A DNA stretch of 64,000 nucleotides from NCBI GenBank assembly GCA_035084275.1, contig CM068748.1, positions 3,286,001 through 3,350,000 on the forward strand. The letters run 5' to 3'. The first letter of the stretch is position 1. Each line of letters opens with the position of its first letter. The position numbers and the translations under genes are program-made. The stretch comes from Hydrolagus colliei. Taxonomy: Eukaryota. Below, piece by piece: positions 24,908 to 35,365 of the stretch. The notes beneath the pieces are model-generated. The model was not told the origin of the DNA and searched no databases. It worked only from the letters and a program-made list of their open reading frames with translations.

Positions 24908-25156
24908 CTGTGGGCTTCTGAAGGAAGGGTTTGCTGGCAGCGGCCTATTAGGGACTCCAGAATTAGACTCCGTGCTGTGGTTCAGTGGTGGCAGAACCCG
25001 CTGCGGTGTCAGAGAAAAGTGCAAATTTGCTGTTCTGACTGAATTTGGCAGAGGATTACTGATGTGAACAGGCTGATAGTAGGGTGGTCCTCGTACACCT
25101 TGATCTCGGATACCAGGGGGTGGAAACGACCTGGCAGGCTGGAGATTATCTGTCTG
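24908..25156 (-). CDS. ADAM12: ADAM12 proline-rich cytoplasmic exon (~21)
   Basis: Contains PQRVLPPL and RPLPANP SH3-ligand motifs; 249 nt, phase 0-0; CAGCAG acceptor, CAG|GTAACC donor. Confidence 0.9.
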
Positions 25157-25733
25157 CTGCAATAAAACAAATACAGTAATAAGTTTTGTTTCGCACACAA
25201 AATATACAGTCAAGTCACTTTACAGTATATTCTATGCAGCGCTTTACGATATCTCAAAGGCGTGATAAGGCGCTATATCAAATGCAAGGGTTATTTGGGA
25301 TTGTTACACTAGCAACTTGCATTTACATAGTGCCATTCACGGATGGGGTAGCATCCCAGAGTGCTTCAACCTATTGTAATAAGACTTAGATGTTACGTAA
25401 AACTGTGCCCTGGAACTTATTAAACCAGCTACCGTACTCTACTGAACTTATGATAGACTAAATTATGTATTCAATGAATGTTTTCTTAAAGGCTTGTTAT
25501 GTCACCTACAAAAACACAGACACTACACTTTAAGGTAAATCCTGTGAAGTGCTTTGAGGCAGCCGACTAAGATGAAAGGTGCTGCTTCAAATGCAAGGAT
25601 TGTTATTTGTTATTAATTATTGTTCAGCTGTTATCAGCTTTCATCTTTTAAGATTAGAAACAGATGCTCAGATGCTCTGTCTGCTGCCTTCTACTGGAAA
25701 TTATGACCGTACATGGCTTCTCAAAAGGCAAAC

Positions 25734-25821
25734 CTTTTGCATGTTGACTTTTCTTTTAATGGGAGTTAGGTAGGCAGGACTGGGCTGGTTTGAAGTTGAA
25801 GGTCTAGTTGGCCCGACAGAC
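25734..25821 (-). CDS. ADAM12: ADAM12 cytoplasmic exon (~20); 3' boundary uncertain (25734 or 25713)
   Basis: atctttAG acceptor; (R)SVGPTRPSTSNQPSPAYLTPIKRKVNMQK supplies the required phase 2-0 bridge; resembles human CVRPSRP. Confidence 0.75.
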
Positions 25822-26829
25822 CTAAAGATAAGAAAGTATCTTGGTATAAATTCAATTCGCAACAGATTTTATATTTGATCAATCCAACGGTAGGCAAATC
25901 TCATACAATAGAAGCACATTCAGCAAATCTTTACCAAATGCGATTTGTGACTGACTTCTGATCCTAACATTCCTGTCTTCTCCTAAGATGTCGGCCGCTT
26001 TTCCAATATCATGCTCAAAAAGCTTTTCTTCACGTGCGACTCAAGCGGAGAGATGCGCATTCAATCCCAGTTCTTTCCTCACCTCACCACCACACACTCA
26101 CAAGAGTGGAGCGGAGGTCACGAAATAGCACTCAGGAGTTCAGGCGTTAGTGTCTGGCTGATTTTGCTCCCTCCGTAAATAGAATTTTCCCTCTCTTTTT
26201 TTTGAGGAAACACTGAATCCTGAGGTGTAGCTGAGATCCAAAGCTCTTTGTTAAGGAACAACCAAAACACGACTCAATCCGCCACCTCCCAACATGTTTA
26301 CCGTTTTTTTTTACTGAGTCTGTAGTGAAAATGTAATAGCTATTTTGATTGAGGCAGCGAGTTAGCCGCATTTTGAGTTGACTTTTTTGAGAGAATGTAC
26401 TGAAAAGTTCCTTTAGTTGATACTGTTATATTTTGTCAGCTGAAGTTAAGTCACGCGGCGTGTGACAACCCCACGGAACAAGACCAACGCAAATTGTGCT
26501 CGCTGTCGATCTAACAGTCAGTTCTCATAGATCTGAAAGACTTGGCAATTGTGTGGCAAGACACAGAGCCACATTAGTACAGACTGCATCACATCTCATG
26601 TATTAATACTCAGTGCTATTGATATTGATATTGATACTCAGCACAAATTGATATCCTTTCAAAATGTAATATTAATTATGCTTGCTGTAAGCCTAATTAT
26701 GAAATTGAATTATGTATCTTCTCATATATATGAGGAAGGAAACAGGATTGAGACGAATTTGGAAGGGTTGAAATACTAATGTAGGGGCAGGGCAGCAAAG
26801 TAACTAAATTATGGGCATATAGCAAAGGC

Positions 26830-27030
26830 AAAATCCTGAGGATGTTGTGAAATCCGAAATAAAACAAAAGTCGCTGGGAACACTCAACAGCAGGTCAGGC
26901 AGCATCTATGGAGAGTGGAAAGTGAGTTAATGTTTCTGGTGGATGACCCTAATTAAGAGTTCTGAAACATTTCCTCTCTACATAGATGCTGCCTGACCTG
27001 ATGGCTCCCAGCAACTTCTAGATTTTGGAT
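26830..27030. repeat. Palindromic chondrichthyan repeat (Penelope-associated type)
   Basis: Perfect 20-bp inverted repeat CAGGTCAGGCAGCATCTATG (26891-26910) / CATAGATGCTGCCTGACCTG (26981-27000) with imperfect extension. Confidence 0.65.
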
Positions 27031-27145
27031 ATAGGCTCTCGCCCCCATGGCTCTTCAGGATTGGATATGGTAATCATGCAAACAAATCAAGGGGGAAACA
27101 AAACTCATCAGAGTCTGTTCAGCAAATGCTGGAAAAAGACTTTAC

Positions 27146-27281
27146 CTCAATTTCTCGACAGTGGTCAGTTTCTGAGAGAAAAGCAGCTGCAGCAATGTCT
27201 TCCGTTTGAAACACATGATCAACCCGGCAGTGATTAGACTCAAGATGGTAACCAGTATACCCACAAAGAGGCTGTTGCTTT
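27146..27281 (-). CDS. ADAM12: ADAM12 transmembrane exon (~19)
   Basis: (E)SNSLFVGILVTILSLITAGLIMCFKRKTLLQLLFSQKLTTVEKL(R); 136 nt, phase 1-2. Confidence 0.95.
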
Positions 27282-27666
27282 CTGGAAAAAGAATAAATAT
27301 AATCTCAGTCATCATGACGGCAGCACAGATTGCAGAACGATTTTTATCCCGACTCTTCCAAATTCTCAGTTATCATAATATATTTTGAAAATTATACATT
27401 GTATTATATTGTGTATTATAAGATTCAATCCTATGAATTTTGGCCCCATTTTTCGTCAATCCAAATAATTCAAATCAACTACACTTCTTCAGTTGAAACA
27501 GATTTGTATTTCCTACATTATGATGTACTTGTCTGTCTAGCCATTAGTCAGTGTATATCGGGGAGAGTTGGAAGAGAGGCTGGAGAAACAATTTTACACT
27601 CTCACAAATACAAAGTATCTTTTGTTTTTTAACATTATTGCATTGTTTCATAATACATTCACTAAA

Positions 27667-27927
27667 ATAATAATAATAATAATCCTTGCAATTGATATAG
27701 CGCTTTTCACGTCTTCTAGACATCTCAAAGCGCTTCACAGAATATACTGTAAAGTCCAATTGCACACAGCAGAAACAGTCGTGGATTGAAATGACTGATT
27801 TTTTTTGAGGGATTATTATCAGGCCTGTGGAGTAAGGAAACTTGCCCATAGTTTAGCCCTGCCTGGAATTGAACCCAGGTTTCTCGCTTGCAAGGCGAGT
27901 GCTCTAACCACTGAGCTACAGGACTCC
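27667..27927 (-). mobile_element. Near full-length tRNA-derived SINE
   Basis: Head GGAGTCCTGTAGCTCAGTGGTTAGAGCAC..TTGCAAG..GGTTCAATTCC with intact A and B boxes. Confidence 0.85.
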
Positions 27928-28056
27928 ATAAACATCTGTATATATTAATCATATTTTCCATATCCATCAGCCAAAAATGGAATTGCATGTGTAGGATTAA
28001 TAGTGGGATTATCCTCTTTCGATTGTGTGGTTTGATGGTACAGCGTCATTCCTCAC

Positions 28057-28165
28057 CTTGTAGCCGCATCGGTCCACTGTCGATACTTCCTCCTAAGCCA
28101 GGTTTGTCACAGTATGGAGGAGCCCAGTCATGGTCGCAGTGGCAGTTTTTGTTGTTGTTGCAAAC
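28057..28165 (-). CDS. ADAM12: ADAM12 EGF-like exon (~18)
   Basis: [36 protein letters not shown]; 109 nt, phase 0-1. Confidence 0.95.
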
Positions 28166-29499
28166 CTGGTCAAGAATTAAAATAAATCGATATCAGCTTT
28201 TGTAAATCAACTTTTGCACGAGGAACACAGAGGGGCAATCGCAGGCCCAGACTTCGACGTGAATGGATGCTGGGGCTTAATCCGCTTTATTTTTCAACAA
28301 TACCGTGGCTCAGTTGCTAGCACGCTTGCCTCTGAGTCAGACGGTTGAGGGCTCAAGGCCCACATTGGGACTTTGAATTTAGTCTGCTCCTCTACAGTAC
28401 TGGTGCATTGTCAGAGGATTTATATTAAAGAAAATTCTGGAGTACAGTATTAGATCCATCCGCATTATATTAATGCTCCTTTTAAAGAGAGAGTTGATAA
28501 ATAGTTTGTTTGAAGGGTTTAAAGGCTTGAAGAATACTTATTGACTGATGATCAACTACTATATGGAACAAACATGATTGTGGAAAGCAACCAGTCAGTG
28601 TTGGATGATGTAGATTGACATGATAGAATGATGTCCTGGTGCATTTGTTCAATTACCTTCAGAAGATTGGGAGAAATTGTAGTGTTTCATCCTGTTGGAT
28701 GAAGTTATTCACCTCTCTTTAGAGATTAAGCGTTATTGTGTTATGAATGAATTTGCTCTGTGTGCTCTCAGTGAGGTTACTTCTGCTTTCTGCTTCAATA
28801 CATTTTTATGAGGCAGTGCTGTCAATCTTCATTTGGGTCCATTTTCAACTAATGAAACCTTAGGTTTGTGTAAATTGTTTCAGCATATAAATGGATTGTG
28901 AAATCCAGGAAGAAGAAAGCCACCATTGATCACAGGAGAGGTTTGAATGAAGAATTCCCTTTGATTCATTTGATCTCATCCTTGCAGAATAACCACCCTA
29001 CCATCCTCCCATTATGAAGGTGTTTAGAGCCAGCGTTTTCAGTCACTTGAGCTCGGGTTAGATTATATCCACGTTAAAAAATAACAGAGAATAGAAAGAA
29101 GAACCAATGAGGGGAAAATGGAAAGGTGAGATTTTATCACAATTAAGGTGGTTTTATTTGGGTCCAACAAGAAATTGTTGCTGTTGTTAATCTAGTTGTA
29201 GCATTTGGCGAGGAAGGATTGTAATTTATTGTATATGTTTTATGGGCATTGGATAACTGTGTTCCTAAGAAAGTATTATAAGTACACGCTGTACTTTTTG
29301 TGTTTCATGGAGCCAACAGAAACTCTGAACAGCTTGTTTGAAATACTCTTCTACAATCTGAACACCAAGTAATCTTGCACAGTTCTTCAGATCCAAAACA
29401 AGATCATTATTTAATAAATGTACTACTTATTCAAAGGCCACTGCAGTTATTTTATTTGTTCCTGATGTTCTAATCATATGTGTAACATTATAAAACTGG

Positions 29500-29830
29500 A
29501 GGTACTCCCTGATGGCCCAGTAGGTAAAAACACAGAATGTTGTGATATTGAGGATTATAGACCAATATGTTCCAAGTTTGATCCCTGGTCAGTGCCAAAT
29601 TGTGGGATCTTAGTTGGATGGGTCGTCAGGTTTCTAAAATTGGCTCTGACATCTTTGCACTAGGAAAGGAGAAAAAGAATCAGCCGGGGTCCCTGTTCCT
29701 GATTTATTATATAGTGGATTTTGCTGGAAAGTGTGGGTTTCAGTTGAAAAGCCAATTCAGATTGGCTGGATGCCGCTCATGGCCAACAGTCACTATCTGG
29801 CCATCCATATGAAGAATTCATTTAGGTTGG
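29500..29830 (+). mobile_element. Ancient SINE-like repeat (second family)
   Basis: A/B-box-like GATGGCCCAGTAGG..GTTTGATCCC head; related copy at 12470-12760. Confidence 0.5.
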
Positions 29831-29877
29831 TGATGCCTATAAGAGGTACATCTCAGTATGCGCCAATGTGTTCAGAG

Positions 29878-30333
29878 TAGGGCCCGTCGATATGGGAAAT
29901 TTCCGATATGGATATATCGGTTGGCTCATATCGATATATACCGATATATTGATATTTTAGGGTTTTTTATACTGCAAATGCGCGCGCATTCGGAGGTACG
30001 TGCGCATTTGGAGGTGCGCACGCATTCGGAGCCTATCTCTTCAGGAGGTAAATATCTCTCTCTCTCTGTGTCTCTCACACTCACTCTCTCCATCTCTCTC
30101 TCTCTCTGTGTGTCAATCTGTCTGGTCTCTCCCTCCCTCCATCTCTCCCCCCCCCCCCCCCCCCACCCCCCACTGTCTCTCCCTCCCTCTCTCCCCCCCC
30201 CATCTCTCCCTCCCTCTCCCCATCGTCCCTCTCCCTCCCCCTTCCCCCCCTTTAAAATTTAATATTTTAATTCCGATATCAGCATATGATATGAAAATTA
30301 TATCGGATATAACCGATATATCGACGGACCCTA
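29878..30333. mobile_element. Non-autonomous hAT MITE, 456 bp
   Basis: TIR TAGGGCCCGTCGATAT / ATATCGACGGACCCTA (15/16); 8-bp TSD GTTCAGAG / GTTCAGGG (7/8); CGATAT subterminal repeats, TGCGCGCGCA repeats, CT tract. Confidence 0.85.
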
Positions 30334-32320
30334 GTTCAGGGTGTAAAAGGCAAGGAGTACAAAAACTGGGCCACCATTTAAAGTGGAACGAGTTACTCTA
30401 ACGTCCAGTGACTTTTTCTTGATGCACTTTCAGTTCTGTGTAATGTTCTATTTTAATCCTATTATTCCTTCCCTCGACTTGCCAGGCAATACAACTACTG
30501 TGGCCAAGATTGCTGGTGGGCAACCCATTCCCAAATGTTTGCCAAGTGACACACACTGGTGTTTGGCTTCAGTTTAGTCTCCCCACAGTGTTACGGCTTT
30601 GAACTGGAATTGGGGGAAGGAGGAAATGGTGAAGTATTCTAATTACATAATGGCACCATATGATGCAGTCACACTGTCTGGTCCTCTATTTGCCTTTTCA
30701 AACCGATGTCCAGAGATACTAAATCTAAACAGTATCCATACAAATGCCCAGCCACTGTACTTTACAACAATTCCTGTAAAATGCTTTCAGACGTCTCAAC
30801 AGTGTGATAAGCTACTGCATAAAAGGCAAAGGTTATTATTATTTTTAATAATAAAATGTAATGCTCTAGAAATGCAATCAAGAATTTCTAAACACATTTC
30901 TTTTGGGATTTTCAAAGTGGCTGATTTCCTATATATTTTTTTTAAAAAAGTGACGAATCCTAAAAGGTTCAAATGCACAATTCTGGGAAAATAGCAATAA
31001 CTCCAAGGAGCTGTGTTTCATTATCGCAGTGAGCTCTTTCATGAGAGCGCAGGATAAGACACAAAGCTAATCTCAGGGTTCAGCACAATTCACAACAGTA
31101 ATCTGAAGCACAGGGAGAGAGAGAAAAATACTGTCAAAAACAGTGAAGACAAAAATACTGGGGGTGGGGGATGGGGTGGGGGAGAGGGGCTGATTATTCA
31201 CTTTCAAATCACCAACTGTTTAAGAGATAGAGGCTCCGTATTGCACCAAGTTGTGTTTAATATAACGTTTTTTTGTTTGCATTACTCCTGAACTCCATAA
31301 GATGGCAACGTTGTGTGGCTTTCCAGGCAACGGATTGGGAATGAAACCTCGCAATTGTTTGGTTTGGATTTCATCTTGAGGAAAAAGTCTTCACAGACTT
31401 TTTCTCTCCCACTTTATTTGTCACAGATGTTCACACATTGGCTTGGTGGAAGATATTAAACAACGTCTGTGCTCTTTTTCATCTGGACACTCGTTTACAG
31501 AGTGAGCGCAATAGCCAACGGTTTTCTGTCAATCACCATCGGTACTCATTGGTGTTGCAGTCTGTGTGTCATGTCTTCTGAATTCATTTCAAGTGAACTT
31601 TCCATTTACCCTAGCTAATAAAAACATATGGCTCAGTAGCCTGGGTGAGACAAACCTGCCCTTGCAGCCAAGGGTTATGGCTTACTGCCATGGCTGGAAT
31701 GAAGCTTGTCAGTTCTTGGAAAGAGTCCTTGTGGGAGAATGAAACTCCACACAAAGTTGAAAGATTTTACTGTAACTTATTCGGTGGAAACATTTCAAAA
31801 TGCATTCGAGTGGCAGTGACTGACGTTAAGTTGATTTTAAGAGGGGTTTCGCCTACAAAATATACAATCAATTCACTTTGTGGTACATTCTGTGAAGCGC
31901 TTTGAAATATCCAGAAGACGCGGGAAGGCGCTATATCGACTGCAAGGATTATTATCATTAATTAATCTGAACAAATTATTGAATTAAAAACGGTTGGAAA
32001 TCCAAAGGTAATGTTTCACGCGGGTGGATTTTATGTTAAATTTTGTCAATTGTATTTCCCCATCTATTTTGTAGTTCTTTTCTCTGCTAATTTTTAGATC
32101 TTTCGTGCTACAGACTATTTCTCAGCTAAAAGGATAAAGAATTGACCCGCTCTGGACTCAGGCTGTTCTGTAATTCACTAGAGAGATGCAAAAGAGTAGT
32201 TGAAGTCAACCCGATCTCTCCTTTTAATATTCTCTCTCCTTTACTCTTTGTGGATTGGTTTCCTACCATGTGTAAGCCAGCCTAAGACAAGCAGATGAAA
32301 CTTTTTGAAGTCGGGTGCAT

Positions 32321-32533
32321 GGGTCTAATTTGCAGCCTTTCCCAAAGGGATTCCTTAAGGAATTTAAAGCACACAAGTGGGAACTCCTGACAACCAGATG
32401 TACGTCACATTGACCTGTGGGACCTTTGCTTTGACGTGATTTATATCATAGAGGAGATCCCATGAGTTTGATGGGAATTCTGGTAGAATTCCTGAATAAG
32501 GAATCATGATAAGGAATACTGCAAATTAGACGG
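32321..32533. mobile_element. ~210-bp MITE-like element
   Basis: TIR GTCTAATTTGCAG / CTGCAAATTAGAC; homologous to 19424-19641. Confidence 0.65.
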
Positions 32534-33304
32534 CATAGTACTGTATTTACTTAGTAAAAACTAAAGACAACTTCAAATAGGCTTTGCTTTATAATATGCA
32601 GATGTAGTATTGCAGATGTATATGTGGGAATATGTATATGTGGGTCAGTCTTATACAGCTTTTCGGGATACCACTAGACCCTGAGAGCTGAGTAGGTAAA
32701 ATTTAGCAAGTAACATGGGATAGGATTGATGACTGATTTTCTCTTAGAAAATGTGCAAATTGGCCACCACATTTGCCTGCAAAATCAATGCACTTTACAG
32801 TTAACGTGTAATACTTTGAGACATGTTCCCAACATCAAAGGCACTAGATCAAATGCATGGATTATTGCTATATATTTCATGGTAGCTGATGCTTTCTGTT
32901 CAGACTGTTCTTGAGTCATAAATATGCTGCTGAAACAGCTGACATTTTCCATTTTGCCTTGTTAATGTTGGTTTACTGAAAAGAACTGGTTTGCAACTTT
33001 GAAAATCTCCCCATCCAAACATGAGATTTGATCTAAACACTGTTATGTGAGAAGGATAACACAGAGCTTCCATCAGCTGTGGTCTAAAATTATAGCGAAA
33101 GATTGAGGTTATTGGTCCTTTGAATTGATCTTCAACATTATGGTGAACCCAAATAGTTTTGTACATGAGTTTTTAATCTGGAGTAGGGGCAAGATGACAA
33201 GCGAGTGATACCGAACCTAGATAATTAACCAGCAAGGGCGAATGAACCTCGCAATTTATTCTCTCGCGCACTCAACCTTTAGCTGCATTGCGTGATGTTC
33301 TTAC

Positions 33305-33382
33305 CCCTTGCCCATGACATTTCGAGGCACACTCCCTCACTCCAAAGACGCTAATATTCTGGCACTGTCGATTTAGGCAGAT
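33305..33382 (-). CDS. ADAM12: ADAM12 exon (~17)
   Basis: ICLNRQCQNISVFGVRECASKCHGQG; 78 nt, phase 0-0; cctAG / GGG|GTAAGA. Confidence 0.95.
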
Positions 33383-33839
33383 CTAGGCAGACAAAAAAAA
33401 ATTGTTGTTAATTTTAGCTCACAAGATTAAAAACAGTACAGTACTTACTAGGGAACGGCGATTAATCGGTTTTTCGATTAAACCCGATATGATTTTCAGA
33501 TCGGTATGCCGATATGGTGATTCTAAAAAAACCGTTATATCGAGAGATTCGATTTTAAAAATATACATCGATATATTTTTAATATCGTTCCTGGCAATAT
33601 ATCAATATTGTTGGTATTATCAGTGTAATGCGATCTTTTCCAGCTTACCTTGTCGCCGGCATTGCAACCTCCTAGATCTAGAGCATGGAATGCGCGTACA
33701 TTTGGTGCGCGCGCACAATTAACGGGCACGCACATCCGATGCGCGCGCACACTTTACTGTGTATACTCGACGTGAGTCGTGGCGTCTTAACAAAGTCGCA
33801 TCGCTGAAAATTGTAGTTTGAAAATTTACCTTTCTCATC

Positions 33840-34200
33840 ATGGGGAAAAGAAGCCCCGTATGGGACTTTGAAAACAATGCAGTCAGTAATGGTGTGTATA
33901 GATGTACAGTTTGCAAGGTCTTGGTTAAGACATCTGATTCGATCACGAGCAACCTGCGACATCACATTAAGCAGCACCACCCCGCCCAGCACGCTGCCCT
34001 CAGAGCGAAATCATTGTCGACAACAGCAGGAAGTGGAACCAGCGCTTCGGAGAAAGCGACAGGTAGTGGGGCCAGTGCAGATCAAACAATTCCCGCTTTA
34101 TTTAAGAGGAGAACATTGTACCAGAGAGGGGACAAAAAGTGGCAAAGTATCACGAACGCTGTCACTTTTTGCATAGCAAAGGAGAGCTTGCCAATGGCGA
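33840..34200 (+). pseudogene. Truncated hAT transposase N-terminus with BED zinc finger
   Basis: RSPVWDF..CTVC..TSNLRHHIKQHH (W-CxxC-H-H BED motif), then ITNAVTFCIAKESLP; homology ends before any DDE catalytic domain. Confidence 0.85.
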
Positions 34201-34504
34201 AGGACATTAATTCAGACTTCAGACTACCTAAAAATAAGTGGCATTTTGTGGCTGTAAGTGTTATTTTTGTGTGTGAGAGAGTTAGAAGCCAGATTATCAC
34301 TGCTTCTATGTGTATGTCTAGTCAGACACACACAGCAGTGATAATCTGGCTTCTAACTCTAACAGTCAGATTGTCTGTCTCTCTCTTTTCTATTGTAATA
34401 GATCTCATTTACACGTGGACATTACATGCTAGTTTCAAGCAAGAAATGGAGGAGAATAAATCTCTAGATTTTGTTTTTGGTGTGTGTGTGTTCTATTTTG
34501 TGTT

Positions 34505-35365
34505 TAGAGATGGAGGGAGAGAAGGAGAGGGGGAAAGTTGGGAGTGAAGGAGAGAGGAAGAGAGGAGAGGGAGGGAGAGAATGAGAGGGGGAAAGGAGGG
34601 AGAGAAGGAGCGAGGGGAAAGGAGGGAGAGAAGGAGAGAGGCGAGGGAGGGAGGGAGAGAAGGAGAGGGGGAAAGTTGGGAGAGAAGGAGAGAGGAAGAG
34701 AGAAGAGGGAGGGAGAGAAGGAGAGGGGGAAAGGAGGGAGAGAAGGAGAGAGGAGGGAGGGAGAGAAGGAGAGGGGGAAAGGAGGGAGAGAAGGAGCGAG
34801 GGGAAAGGAGGGAGAGAAGGAGAGAGGGGAGGGAGGGAGAGGGGGAAAGTTGGGAGAGAAGGAGAGAGGAAGAGAGGAGAGGGAGGGAGAGAAGGAGAGG
34901 GGGAAAGGAGGGAGAGAAGGAGCGAGGGGAAAGGAGGGAGAGAAGGAGAGAGGGGAGGGAGGGAGAGGGGGAAAGTTGGGAGAGAAGGAGAGAGGAAGAG
35001 AGGAGAGGGAGGGAGAGAAGGAGAGGGGGAAAGGAGGGAGAGAAGGAGCGAGGGGAAAGGAGGGCGAGAAGGAGAGAGGGGAGGGAGGGAGGGAGGGACA
35101 GAAGGAGAGAGGGGAGGGAGGGAGAGAAGGAGAGAGGGGGGGGAGGGAGAGAAGGAGAGGGGGAAAGGAGGGAGAGGAGACAGGGAGGAGGGAGAGGAGA
35201 GAGAGAGAGTGGAGGGGGAGGGAGAGAAGGAGAGGGGAATGGAGGGAGAGAAGGAGAGGGGAAAGGAGGGAGAGAAGGAGAGGGGAAAGGAGGGAGAGAA
35301 GGAGAGAGGAGAGGAGGGAGAGGAGAGGGGAGAGGAGGGAGAGAAGGAGAGGGGGAGGTAGAGAG
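34505..35365 (+). repeat. Polypurine (GA-rich) minisatellite inside the hAT element
   Basis: ~860 bp of almost pure A/G built from GGAGGGAGAGAAGGAGAG-like units with higher-order repetition. Confidence 0.95.

Noticed and set aside
27860-27927. tRNA-like sequence with TGC in the anticodon position (also ~1330-1396, 2860-2927, 15470-15533)
   Set aside because: No matching 3' acceptor stem, and each is followed by SINE body; these are SINE heads, not tRNA genes.
27282-28056. Possible secreted ADAM12-S-like terminal exon after the EGF exon
   Set aside because: Read-through gives only GEE*, and I found no sense-strand AATAAA or alternative exon in this intron.
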